From IMG/VR virus record IMGVR_UViG_3300005573_001594, positions 1-32,438 of that record: a stretch of 32,438 nt of DNA. One strand, given 5' to 3'. This document shows, one piece after another, positions 8,297-17,829 of the stretch. The position numbers and the translations under genes are program-made. Source of the DNA: a virus. Taxonomy: Duplodnaviria; Caudoviricetes. Numbering within the stretch: the stretch's first letter is position 1; each line of letters begins with the position of its first letter. The notes below the pieces were generated by a model. The model was not told where the DNA came from, did no database searches, and saw only the letters and a program-made list of their open reading frames with translations.

Positions 8297-9583
8297 TCAA
8301 TCTTCTCTTCGCATGAAGACAACAGCTTCGTAGAGTCCCGACTTGCTCTGTCGTTTTCTCATCCGCTCAATTCCTTCGATCCGGAACCCAAAATATTTGA
8401 AGATCGATGCTAGGATTTCATCGCTCGGTAATGGGTGATTGTAAAACTTGCTATTGCCGATGACGTAAGCCAAGCGGGCTCTGGAAGCACACACCTCGGC
8501 AATCTGGCCGGCATGATCATACATGTCGTTGAAATATTTGACGACGTAGTTCGCCATCAAATGTCCGCTATTATGAATACCATGCAGATGCGGCTCAAGG
8601 AGGTCTTTGACGAGCTTGTTCTTCGGAGCGATCCCGTGGGCCAATACGGAAGTGGCCTTCCCCCAAGTTCCACCGATGGCATCGGTTTCAAGCTGTCCGA
8701 CCGCTCGTGCGCTCTTGATGAATTCAAAGAAGAACAAATGAGGTCGGGTCTCACGGGCGTAGCTAAATCTGTTGGGATAAGGGGGGGAGGTGATGACGGC
8801 AGTAACTCTGAAAGTGCCACGAAGCACCTTCGATAGTTCTTTGCTGTTGCCTTGAAAGATCGTCACCTGCGCGGGGGTAAGGTCTGCAACCGCTCGAAGG
8901 TCTTCAACCATATTCTCCATTTGCCGCTCAAGAATGGCGGCGACATTCACTGTTGGCAACGGCTTTTTGGCGAATGTCAGGGACACATGGTTGTGCTTCG
9001 CGTTGCTCACCGGAACGAGAATGCCGAGGACGGCCATTTTGAGAAGGCCATTCTGCAACTCCGGAACGTCGTACGAGTCCATGAGCTTCCGCAAGCACAC
9101 CAACTGTGCGAGGTTGCCCGGAGACCACCAACGGCTCGGATGGTTGATCGGCGGAATTGAGGCGGCGTTGTCGCGCAGATAGTCCTGCGGCTTCGTCTGG
9201 AACGGAACATCTTCAAGAGCAGCTCGAAACCGGGAAAGGAACCGAGTAAAGCAAGCCTCGATGGAGCCGATGTCAGTGTAGTCACGGGTCTTCACGGTTC
9301 CGACGAAGTGGAGAAACGGGTTCAGTTCAACGGAGCAGGCAGGGATGCCTCGATACTTCATGCAAAGCGGGACCGTGCCCACGCCGCTGAACGGATCGAG
9401 CACGAAGTCATCAGAAGTCAAGCCAAAGTGGTCGGCGATGTCATTAGCCAGCTGCGGCGAGAAACTGGGGGTTAGCCGATACCACCGGTGAATGGGCAGG
9501 TCCAGCTTGCCTTGAAAAGTAACTGACTTTGTTGTGCGATTGATGAAGGTCGGCCCTTCATCGAACAGGGTTGGCTGTTTCAC
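8297..9583 (-). CDS. N4-cytosine-type DNA methyltransferase, alpha class; R-M cassette B
   Basis: VLDPFSGVGT at the N-terminus and ITSPPY downstream; GTG start overlaps the stop of the upstream gene. Confidence 0.9.
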   Translation of the reverse strand: MKQPTLFDEGPTFINRTTKSVTFQGKLDLPIHRWYRLTPSFSPQLANDIADHFGLTSDDFVLDPFSGVGTVPLCMKYRGIPACSVELNPFLHFVGTVKTRDYTDIGSIEACFTRFLSRFRAALEDVPFQTKPQDYLRDNAASIPPINHPSRWWSPGNLAQLVCLRKLMDSYDVPELQNGLLKMAVLGILVPVSNAKHNHVSLTFAKKPLPTVNVAAILERQMENMVEDLRAVADLTPAQVTIFQGNSKELSKVLRGTFRVTAVITSPPYPNRFSYARETRPHLFFFEFIKSARAVGQLETDAIGGTWGKATSVLAHGIAPKNKLVKDLLEPHLHGIHNSGHLMANYVVKYFNDMYDHAGQIAEVCASRARLAYVIGNSKFYNHPLPSDEILASIFKYFGFRIEGIERMRKRQSKSGLYEAVVFMRRED

Positions 9584-10365
9584 TTCATCAGACCTCGCAG
9601 GAGTGTGATGACTGGCTTACGGAAATCTTCCCGATTACGCTTCAAGAAGTCATAGAAGTCAAACCCAGAACAGGTCTTCACGGCGTCGTAGGCTTCGATG
9701 CCTTGCTTGATGACCCACACGCTTTTGTATCGGCTGATGATGCCAGGATTGCTTTGATTGCAGAACAACGGCATGACAGGCAAGATACCGCTCAGAAGCA
9801 AGTGCCTTGCCATCGCCTCATCCGCCTGGGTTCGTTTGCTGTCGCCGGTCTGGTAGCAGTGTCGAACTTCCATGCCGACGCCGACGAGTGTGATGTTCGG
9901 CGTGGCGGTGAGCTTAGCGACTTCGGCCTTACAATACTCCGACACTCGCTTTCGGGATTCCGAATCGAGCCGATCAAACTGCAGGTGGGCATCGACGCTC
10001 CTGGTTTCTTCCTCATCTCCGCTACGGATGATCGTGCTGTATGTCACGTCGGTCGGCGATTGGTTCAACGATTTCATGAAGATCGTCTTGACGCAGGCTT
10101 CGTAGATGTCTCCGATCTTCCGGTGAATGCTGGTAACCGTGCCCCCAGCAAGGGTAGCGCCAAGGTATTCCTCGGCGTCCAGACCGAAAATGCTGAACAC
10201 GGGGTCTTTCTGATACGCAAGAAGGAGCTTGTCCCGAGTTCCCCTCTTCTTGATCGGCCCCGAAACATACGCGGCGAGTTTCGCCAGATGCTCCATCGTC
10301 AAGTTGTAGAGCAGCTTCTCAAGTTCTTCACGCACATCTGGCACTTTTCGTCCTTGCTTCGTCAT
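9580..10365 (-). CDS. Putative type II restriction endonuclease; R-M cassette B
   Basis: 261 aa, translationally coupled to the MTase; GGTVTSIHRKIGDIYE...VDAHL...MEVRHCYQTGDSKR fits a variant PD-(D/E)xK nuclease. Confidence 0.7.
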   Translation of the reverse strand: MTKQGRKVPDVREELEKLLYNLTMEHLAKLAAYVSGPIKKRGTRDKLLLAYQKDPVFSIFGLDAEEYLGATLAGGTVTSIHRKIGDIYEACVKTIFMKSLNQSPTDVTYSTIIRSGDEEETRSVDAHLQFDRLDSESRKRVSEYCKAEVAKLTATPNITLVGVGMEVRHCYQTGDSKRTQADEAMARHLLLSGILPVMPLFCNQSNPGIISRYKSVWVIKQGIEAYDAVKTCSGFDFYDFLKRNREDFRKPVITLLRGLMK

Positions 10366-10474
10366 GTCGCCATCCGTCGAAGATCATTTCGTGCAACTCC
10401 CACGATTCTCAAATTTTACACAATTTCGGGCTGTATGGCGAAACGCCACCGGACAGTTTGGCGGACGCGATTGA

Positions 10475-10525
10475 TCTCCGGTCGGCTACAACGCGGTCGC
10501 CGCGGAGGAGGAGATTCCGTGGTGA
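10475..10525 (+). pseudogene. 3' stub of a deleted gene (probably the phage helicase)
   Basis: ...YNAVAAEEEIPW* is an acidic-aromatic tail whose TGA overlaps the primase GTG (GTGA). Identity inferred from position only. Confidence 0.4.
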
Positions 10526-12411
10526 CGCCGGCCGAACTGCTGTCCGCCGCTCTCCGCTACGCCGAACTGGGCTACCGAGTGTTCCCCTGCGCGCCGGGCA
10601 ACAGCACGCCGCTGACCGACCACGGCTTCTTCGACGCGACCACGGAGGTTGAGCAGATCGAGCGGTGGTGGGGGCAGCACCCGACCGCGAACGTCGCCAT
10701 CGCCACCGCAGGGCTGCTCGTCGTCGATCTCGACCCGGCAGAAGGGAACGCGGCCAACCCGTGGCTCAAGGACGACCCGGACAAGCAGCTCGACCTGGCG
10801 GCCGCACCGACGGCCATGACGCCGCGCGGCGGCCGGCACCACGTCTTCCGCAAGCCAGCGGGGAAGGGCTGGCGCTGCACCGCGAGCCGGCTGGCCCCGA
10901 AGGTTGATACGCGCACGGACGGCGGCTACATCGTCGTGCCCCCGTCCTGGCGGCCGGACGGGGCATACTCCTGGGTGCCGGGCCTGGAACTTGACGGCCC
11001 ACCCGAACGGCTCCCCGAGCCGCCATCGTGGTTAGCCTCGTTGCTCGACGCCTTGGCCCAAGAAACGCCCACGTTGGCCCACGTCGCGGCCGGAGGGGGC
11101 CAGGCGAACCCGATCCCGGAGGGCCAACGCAACGCGACCCTGGCGCGCCTGGGCGGGAATATGCGCCGGGTCGGGATGACCCTGGCCGAGATCGCCGCCG
11201 CCTTGCTCCAGACCAACAAGGACCGCTGCTTCCCGCCGCTGTCGCCCCGCGAGGTCGAGCGCATCGCCGCCAGCGTCGCCCGGTACGAGCCGGACCAGAT
11301 CGCAACCGCGATGGCCGAGGGGCACTGGGACCAAATGATGCTGGCCCAGGCGCCGCAGCTGGCCCCGATCAGCCTGGCCGACCTGGTGGCGCGCTACCCC
11401 GACCTGCGCCGGCCAGTGATCCACGGTCTGCTGCGCCAGGGCGAGACGATGAACGTCATCTCCGCCCCAAAAATTGGAAAATCTTGGCTTGTCACCGACC
11501 TGGCCCTGGCCGTCGCCACGGGACGGCCCTGGCTCGACATGTTTGAAACAGTGCAGGGCGATGTGCTGATCATCGACAACGAACTTCATGGCGAGACCTC
11601 GGCCAACCGCATCCCCAAGGTCGCGGCGGCGCGACGGATCCGCCTGGGTGACGTCGGCCAGGGTGTCTTCGTGCAGAACCTGCGCGGGCACTGGCAGGAC
11701 ATCTTTTCGCTCGGGCCGTACTTCGGCGCGCTGGAGCCGGGGCGGTTCCGGGTGATCATTCTGGATGCCATGTACCGCTTCATGCCGCGGGAGATGGACG
11801 AGAACGACAACGGCACAATGGCCAACGTTTACAACGCCATCGACCGCTACGCCGACCTGCTGGGCTGCTGCTTCGTGCTGATCCACCACACCAGCAAGGG
11901 GAACCAGTCCGGCAAGGCGATCACGGACGTGGGCGCAGGTGCCGGTAGCCAGAGCCGGGCGACCGACACGCACCTGGTCCTGCGGCCGCACGAGGAGGAC
12001 GACGTGGTCGTGCTGGAAGCGGCCGTGCGTTCCTGGCCGCCGGTGATGCCGAGGTGCCTGCGCTGGGCTTTCCCGGTGTGGCTGCCAGCCGACGACCTCG
12101 ACCCGACTCTGCTGCGGAGCGAACGTCCCAGGCGGGCACGCAAGGCCGAGGCGGCCGTGGACGAAGCGGAACAACCCGAGCCCACCTGGGACGCGGAACG
12201 GTTCGCGGCGACGTTCGTGACGAGCAAACCCAAGACGCGCGACGCGATCCTGGCTGAAGCCAACGCTGTCGGGCTGTCCGACTGGAAGGCGGAACGCCTG
12301 TTGCGCCGGGCAGAAGGGTTGGGTCTGGTCCACCGCTGGGCGAGCGGTCGCAACCGCCCGTCGGCCTACGCGAACGTTCCACAAGCCGCCAACGAGGAGG
12401 TTGCCGAATGA
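10522..12411 (+). CDS. Bifunctional primase/polymerase (Prim-Pol, PriCT) fused to an AAA_25 helicase
   Basis: ALRYAELGYRVFPC, ANVAIATAGLLVVDLD, TPRGGRHHVF, DTRTDGGYIVVPPS, IPEGQRNATL; Walker A SAPKIGKS, IILDAM, LIHHTSK. GGAGGAGG RBS. Confidence 0.92.
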   Translation: MTPAELLSAALRYAELGYRVFPCAPGNSTPLTDHGFFDATTEVEQIERWWGQHPTANVAIATAGLLVVDLDPAEGNAANPWLKDDPDKQLDLAAAPTAMTPRGGRHHVFRKPAGKGWRCTASRLAPKVDTRTDGGYIVVPPSWRPDGAYSWVPGLELDGPPERLPEPPSWLASLLDALAQETPTLAHVAAGGGQANPIPEGQRNATLARLGGNMRRVGMTLAEIAAALLQTNKDRCFPPLSPREVERIAASVARYEPDQIATAMAEGHWDQMMLAQAPQLAPISLADLVARYPDLRRPVIHGLLRQGETMNVISAPKIGKSWLVTDLALAVATGRPWLDMFETVQGDVLIIDNELHGETSANRIPKVAAARRIRLGDVGQGVFVQNLRGHWQDIFSLGPYFGALEPGRFRVIILDAMYRFMPREMDENDNGTMANVYNAIDRYADLLGCCFVLIHHTSKGNQSGKAITDVGAGAGSQSRATDTHLVLRPHEEDDVVVLEAAVRSWPPVMPRCLRWAFPVWLPADDLDPTLLRSERPRRARKAEAAVDEAEQPEPTWDAERFAATFVTSKPKTRDAILAEANAVGLSDWKAERLLRRAEGLGLVHRWASGRNRPSAYANVPQAANEEVAE

Positions 12412-12414
12412 ACA

Positions 12415-12600
12415 GCGTGTGTGGTGAGAGCGTCGTGCCGACCACTCCTCGCAGCGCGTGCTGTGTGGTGAGTAGTCGCACCACACAGCGGAAACGCTGT
12501 TCTGTGTGTGGTGTGAGTCCCCCTAATGCCCCCTGCGTGTGCTCACGCCACAAGGCGTGAGCACACGCTGTGTGGTGAGCATAGCCTCACCACACAGACG
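12415..12600. repeat. Cluster of TGTGTGGTG(AG) direct and inverted repeats with perfect hairpins; candidate replication origin
   Basis: Direct copies at 12418, 12462, 12505, 12569; inverted copies at 12479, 12586. Stems: 11 bp (12460-12489), 15 bp (12535-12568), 12 bp (12568-12597). Confidence 0.8.
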
Positions 12601-12606
12601 GCCGAT

Positions 12607-12680
12607 AGGTACTTCCCGGGCGTCCTTCGGCCCGGCCCCGCGGCGGGAACAGCCGCCAACGTAAGGACAGTTTTATTTCC
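12607..12680 (+). other. Candidate cos/packaging site
   Basis: AGGTACTTCCC resembles lambda cosQ (GGGTCCTTTCC), followed by a GC-rich stretch and a T-rich tract, at the start of the packaging operon. Confidence 0.4.
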
Positions 12681-12705
12681 CGGTCCGAACTTTTGAACGG
12701 AGAAG

Positions 12706-13794
12706 ATGGCCATGAAAATCGAGCTTCGCAACCTGTCCGACATCAAGCCCTACGAGAACAACCCGCGTCACAATGACGACGCCGTGGACACCGTCGCGGC
12801 ATCGCTGCGCGAGTTCGGCTTCCGCCAGCCGATCGTGGTGGACGCAGAGGGCGTCATCGTCGTCGGGCACACCCGCTACAAAGCCGCGCTGAAACTTGGC
12901 CTGGAGAAGGTGCCGGTCCACGTCGCCAAGGACCTGACCCCCGAGCAGGCGCGGGCCTACCGCATCGCCGACAACAAGAGCGCCGAGTTGTCCGACTGGA
13001 ACTACGACCTTTTGCCCATCGAGCTGGCCGGGCTACAGGAGATGAACTACGACCTGGGCCTGCTCGGCTTCGACCAGGACGAGCTGGCCAGGTTGCTCGA
13101 CCCCGGCGTGAAGGACGGCCTGTGCGACCCCGACGAGGTGCCAGAGCCGCCCGACGAGGCGACCACGCAGCCGGGCGACCTGTGGCTCCTGGGCGACCAC
13201 CGGCTGCTGTGCGGCGACAGCGGCAAGGCCGAGGACGTGGACCGGCTCTTGGGCGGCGCGGCCATCCACCTGGTTAACACGGACCCGCCGTACAACGTGA
13301 AGGTGGAGCCGCGCTCGAACAACGCCATCGCCGCCGGCCTGTCGTCGTTTGGCGACTCCAATACCCAGCCTCAGAACCATCACCAGTCCTTCGATGTCGC
13401 GCGTCAGGGGCCAAAGGCGCCGACGCACAAGAAGCTGCGGCCCAAGGACCGGCCGCTGGCCAGCGACTTCGTCTCCGAGGAAGCGTTCGACCGGATGCTG
13501 CACGCCTGGTTCGGCAACCTCGCTCGCGTGCTGTTGCCGGGCCGAGCGTTCTACATCTGGGGCGGCTACGCCAACTGCGCCAACTACCCGCCGGTGCTGA
13601 AGGCCACGGGGCTGTATTTCTCCCAGGCGATCATCTGGGTGAAAGAGCACCCGGTCCTGACCCGCAAGGACGGGAGGGGCACCCGTGTGGAGCGGGTGGG
13701 GTTCTGCTGGAAGCGAGGTGTCGTCCACCCGACGATGAGAAGGACGGGCACCGCCGAACCGAAATGGATTGACAACCCCGCCCGTGACTTATAA
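12706..13794 (+). pseudogene. ParB-N/DNA methyltransferase fusion, 3'-truncated
   Basis: ParB motifs PYENNPR, EFGFRQPIVV, VGHTR, YRIADN; MTase GDHRLLCGDS and NTDPPY. Similarity fades after VLTRKD (~13670) and the SAM-binding FxGxG motif is missing. Confidence 0.85.
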
Positions 13795-13800
13795 GCTACG
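13769..13800 (+). promoter_or_regulatory. Sigma-70 promoter of the cassette C MTase, overlapped by a C-box-like operator
   Basis: TTGACA (13769)-17 nt-TAAGCT (13792); near-palindrome CGTGACTTATAAGCTACG (13783-13800) contains GACTTATA. Confidence 0.6.
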
Positions 13801-13839
13801 GGTTGACCGCCCGGCGACCCGAAACAGCAAGCACGAACA

Positions 13840-15180
13840 ATGCCGAATCGCAACCGCAAGCCCGGTAAAGCCACGAGGCGAGCGAGTCGACTTTCCGAAG
13901 GCACAACGCCCCGGCCGCTCGACTACGAGTTGGTCTACACTGGCAAGCACTCTATCACCGAAATCCTCAAGGGTGCTCGATGTAGTCCCCAACTGCGGCT
14001 GTCGGTCACGAAGCAGACCGAGGGGATTTGGCGGAACCGGCTTTACTGTGCCGATAACCTCGGCGTGCTGCGGACCCTGCTCGACGACCGGGACGTGCGT
14101 GGCAAGGTCAAGCTGGTCTATATTGACCCGCCCTTTGCGACGGGCGGGGTCTTCGAGTCACGGAACGGCCAGCGCGCCTACGACGACCTGGCCTACGGAG
14201 CTCACTTCCTCGAATTCCTTCGGCAGCGGCTCGTGGTCCTCCGCGAACTCATGGCCCCAGCTGGCTCGATCTACGTCCATCTCGACGAAAAGATGGCTTT
14301 TCCGGCGAAGGTCGTGATGGACGAAGTCTTTGGGCCAGCGAACTTCCGCAACTGGATCACCCGGAAGAAGTCCAACCGGAAGAACTTCACCCGGAAGCAG
14401 TACGGAAACATCTCGGACTACATCCTCTTCTACACCAAGACCGACTCCTACACGTGGAACAGACCCTACGAGACATGGACGGACGAGTGGTGCAAGCGGG
14501 AGTACCAGTACGTCGAGAAGGGCACCGGCAGAAGGTACAAGAAGGTTCCGGTCCACGCGCCGGGCGTCAGGCACGGAGAAACCGGCCAACCGTGGCGCGG
14601 CAAGCTGCCGCCGCCCGGCAAGCACTGGCAGTACCCGCCGAGAGTCCTCGACGAACTCGACGCCAAGGGAGAGATCTACTGGTCGCCAAATGGCAACCCT
14701 CGCCGCAAGATCTACTTCGACCAGAGCAAGGGCATCCCGGTTCAGGACATCTGGCTCGACTGCCGCGATGCCCACAACCAGAACATCGAGGTCACGGGCT
14801 ACCCCACGGAGAAGCCGCTGGAGCTACTGCGCCGCGTCGTATCGGCCTCGTCCGACGCGGGTGATTTAGTGCTCGATTGCTTCGTGGGATCGGGGACGAC
14901 ACTGGTTGCCGCCGAGGAGTTGGGCCGCAAGTGGCTCGGTGTGGATTCCAGCGTCGAAGCTATAGCCACGACGATCACGCGGCTGGCGGCTGGCTCGGAG
15001 CCGATGGGGGATTTCGTCCGTGGCAAGAAGGTGAAGCAGCCCACGCTCTTCGGCCACCCCAGTATGCTGCGCACTAGCTTTGACCTTTGGACGGCGGAAG
15101 GACCAGCGTGTCCTTCCGCCGAGATGATCCAGGCATGGGCGCGTCAGTTTCCTCCGGGTTCGGCGTCGGTAGTGGAGTGA
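13840..15180 (+). CDS. N6-adenine DNA methyltransferase, beta class; R-M cassette C
   Basis: VKLVYIDPPF, GSIYVHLD, GYPTEKP, VLDCFVGSGTT. Confidence 0.93.
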   Translation: MPNRNRKPGKATRRASRLSEGTTPRPLDYELVYTGKHSITEILKGARCSPQLRLSVTKQTEGIWRNRLYCADNLGVLRTLLDDRDVRGKVKLVYIDPPFATGGVFESRNGQRAYDDLAYGAHFLEFLRQRLVVLRELMAPAGSIYVHLDEKMAFPAKVVMDEVFGPANFRNWITRKKSNRKNFTRKQYGNISDYILFYTKTDSYTWNRPYETWTDEWCKREYQYVEKGTGRRYKKVPVHAPGVRHGETGQPWRGKLPPPGKHWQYPPRVLDELDAKGEIYWSPNGNPRRKIYFDQSKGIPVQDIWLDCRDAHNQNIEVTGYPTEKPLELLRRVVSASSDAGDLVLDCFVGSGTTLVAAEELGRKWLGVDSSVEAIATTITRLAAGSEPMGDFVRGKKVKQPTLFGHPSMLRTSFDLWTAEGPACPSAEMIQAWARQFPPGSASVVE

Positions 15181-15184
15181 CAAG

Positions 15185-16093
15185 TCAGGCCGATTTCTCG
15201 CTCGTAAGCCACTCCAGAGTCACCCGCTTGTCCGCCAGCTTCAAGGTGGTCACGCGGACGTTGCCGTCCCACATTCCGTCGAGGTTTACGGCCTCGCGCC
15301 ATGTATCACGGTTGGCGAGGCCAGGGCCGTCCGCCAAGAACAGGATGCGCAGCGGCTTCTTCGTGCTCTGGCAGAAATCACGGATCATGTAGACCTTACC
15401 CCTGTTGCCGCCCGTCCGGTCATCGGACTGTGCGCCGCCTCGCGTCGAGTCGTACCGCGCAAACCCCACCGCCACAACGCTGCGGTCGAGCTTCTTGCGG
15501 ATGATGAAGTCGCAGGGGCACGAGCCTTGGAAGCCGGGGATGACCGTGCTTAGTTCAACGTCAGGACCGGCCCCTCGTGGCCCTTCGATGGTCAGGTGGT
15601 CCTCGAATTGCTCCTCGAACCAGTCGAAGAACTGGCCGGTCAAGACGTAGCCCTGCTGCCCCCGGTTGTCATACTCGCCGATGGACACGGCGAGAACCGA
15701 GACGAACACGTCTGACAGGTCCGCGAACTGCTCCTTCAGCTTGGAGATCGGCTTGAAGGTGCTCCCGTAGTTGTCCACCAAGCTGCGGGTGGAAATGGTC
15801 GTGATCTTCTTGGTAGCCTCGGTGTCGCAGACTCCAGAAACGCAGCGGCGAAAGATCTTAAGCAGTGCCATCCTGCGGTCGGCGGGGATCGTTGGGGTGC
15901 GAATAAGCTCAAGCAGATTGTCGCTGCTGCTGGCTTGCTCGACGAGGGACGCGAACTGGCGGATGGCTGCCTCGTACTTCTCCCGCATTACGGGCACTAC
16001 TTCGGGGAACCGAAGCCCGCTATCGATGGCGGTAATCACCGAATGTGGATCGGTGAGTGTGGCCAGGAAAGACGTTCGTTTAGCGCGTGCCAT
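15185..16093 (-). CDS. Type II restriction endonuclease, BstEII-like; R-M cassette C
   Basis: GFARYDSTRGGAQSDDRTGG and LFLADGPGL motifs recalled from BstEII-like enzymes; coupled to the C gene and convergent with the MTase. Confidence 0.75.
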   Translation of the reverse strand: MARAKRTSFLATLTDPHSVITAIDSGLRFPEVVPVMREKYEAAIRQFASLVEQASSSDNLLELIRTPTIPADRRMALLKIFRRCVSGVCDTEATKKITTISTRSLVDNYGSTFKPISKLKEQFADLSDVFVSVLAVSIGEYDNRGQQGYVLTGQFFDWFEEQFEDHLTIEGPRGAGPDVELSTVIPGFQGSCPCDFIIRKKLDRSVVAVGFARYDSTRGGAQSDDRTGGNRGKVYMIRDFCQSTKKPLRILFLADGPGLANRDTWREAVNLDGMWDGNVRVTTLKLADKRVTLEWLTSEKSA

Positions 16094-16314
16094 TACAAGC
16101 CCCGAGTCAGTTCCGAAATCGAGACGCCGAGGGCCTTGGCGATTACTTCGATGTTTCGAAGAGATACGTTCCGCCTACCCCGTTCAATGCCGCTGATGTA
16201 CGTGCGGTCCAGGCCGCACTTGACAGCGAACGCTTCCTGGGACAAGCCAACATTCTTGCGTAGCTGCCGCAGCCGGTCGCCAAAGCGCTGCGCGATGTCA
16301 GTGTTCCGAGGCAT
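16093..16314 (-). CDS. R-M controller (C) protein, XRE HTH
   Basis: [20 protein letters not shown]...[28 protein letters not shown]; stop overlaps the REase start. Confidence 0.92.
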   Translation of the reverse strand: MPRNTDIAQRFGDRLRQLRKNVGLSQEAFAVKCGLDRTYISGIERGRRNVSLRNIEVIAKALGVSISELTRGL

Positions 16315-16331
16315 GGAGAAAGGATAGTTTA

Positions 16332-16366
16332 CTGTAGTTCATCAGCCCACGGACTATGAGTCACAT
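16332..16366 (-). promoter_or_regulatory. C-box operator
   Basis: Minus strand ATGTGACTCATAGTCCGTGGGCTGATGAACTACAG matches the AhdI/Esp1396I-type layout: strong GACT-N3-AGTC site, CGTG spacer, degenerate second site, just upstream of the C start. Confidence 0.85.
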
Positions 16367-16500
16367 ATATCTCGAACAGGAGCTTGGGCTTGCTTGCGGG
16401 CTCCGGCTCATGCAACGGCTGACCGCCGCGAGGCCCGCAAAGCCCAGCGGATACAGGCGAACCACCCGCATTGGTAAAAAAACTGGACCCCGCCCTTACG

Positions 16501-17829
16501 AATGGGTTGTCGGCCAACGCCGCCAACAGCGCCGAGGTGCGCCGTATCCTGCGCAACCGCGCCCGCTACGAGGTCGCCAACAACAGCTACGCACGCGGCA
16601 TCGTCTTGACCCTGGCCAACGACGTGGTTGGCACCGGGCCTCGGCTGCAAATGCTCACGCCAAATGCCGAGGCCAATCGGCGGATCGAACAGGAGTTTGC
16701 CCGCTGGTCCAGGGCAGTCGGCCTGGCCGAGAAGCTCCGCACCATGCGCATGGCCCGGGCGCAGGATGGCGAGGCGTTCGCCATCCTGACCAGCAACCCC
16801 AAGCTGCCCACGCCGGTGCAGCTCGACTTGCGGCTGGTCGAGGCCGACCAGGTCTGCACGCCGGACCTGAACGCACGGACGGAAAACGCCATCGACGGCA
16901 TCGTGTTCGATGCGGCCGGCAACCCAGTCGAGTACCACGTGCTGCGGGAACATCCCGGCGAGACGTCACGGAACTTCATCCTCGACTATGACCGCGTGCC
17001 GGCCGAGTCGATGCTGCACTGGTTTCGGGCCGACCGTCCCGGCCAGGCCCGCGGCATCCCAGACATCATGCCGGCGCTGCCACTGTTCGCCCAGTTGCGG
17101 CGCTTCACCCTGGCCGTGATCGCGGCGGCCGAGACGGCTGCCGACTTCGCCGGCATCCTTTACACCGATGCCCCGGCCGGCGGCGAGGCGGATGCCGCCG
17201 AGCCGTTCGAGCCGATCGAGCTGGAGCAGCGGGCGCTGGTGACCATGCCGGGCGGCTGGAAGATGAGCCAGCTGCAGGCGGAGCAGCCGGCCACCACCTA
17301 CGCCGAGTTCAAGAAGGAGATCCTCAACGAGATCGCCCGCTGCCTCAACATGCCCTTCAACGTCGCGGCGGGCAACAGCTCGGGCTACAACTACGCCTCC
17401 GGCCGGCTCGATCACCAGACCTACTTCAAAGCGATTCGCGTCGATCAGGCGCACCTGGAATGCGTGGTGCTGGATCGCATCCTGTCCGCCTGGCTCGATG
17501 AGGCGGCCCTGATACCGGGGCTCTTACCCGCGGACCTCGGCCCGTTCGCCGATTGGTCGCACCAGTGGTTCTGGGACGGCCAGGAGCACGTCGATCCCGC
17601 CAAGGAAGCCTCGGCCCAGGCCACGCGCCTGGCCCATCACACCACCACGCTCGCACACGAATACGCCCGGCAGGGCCGGGACTGGGAAGAGGCCCTGCGC
17701 CAGCGGGCCAAGGAAATCGCGCTCATGCAGGAGCTGGGGCTGACGCCGGCGCAGGCCCAACCAACGGAACCGAAGGAGAGCGACGACGATGAAACCGACG
17801 AGTCGGAAGCCCAGTGGGCAGCCGCTTGA
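16501..17829 (+). pseudogene. Lambda-family portal protein with a damaged or missing N-terminus
   Basis: LRNRARYEVANNSYARG, DGEAF, RPGQARGIP, SGYNYASGRL, HVDPAKE. No good start or RBS; backbone-like sequence starts at NGLSANAANS. Confidence 0.8.

Noticed and set aside
9571-10521. 946-aa version of the primase ORF starting at 9571
   Set aside because: The extension is the antisense of the cassette B nuclease gene. RBS, GTGA coupling and Prim-Pol motifs place the start at 10522.
12415-12600. Possible CRISPR array, given the CARF gene
   Set aside because: Units are only 9-12 bp, in both orientations and irregularly spaced; no cas genes.
13840-15180. Type III R-M Mod subunit
   Set aside because: No Res helicase nearby; the partners are a C protein and a small type II-like nuclease.
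16093-16314. Prophage CI/Cro repressor
   Set aside because: The C-box and coupling to the nuclease identify it as an R-M controller.
16385-16446. Imperfect inverted repeat between the C gene and the portal
   Set aside because: Bulged GC-rich stem with no U tract or target duplication; may be decayed portal 5' sequence.
17238-17244. Avoidance of GGTNACC sites as support for BstEII specificity
   Set aside because: GGTGACC occurs here and GGTCACC at 20195; no avoidance can be claimed without a count.
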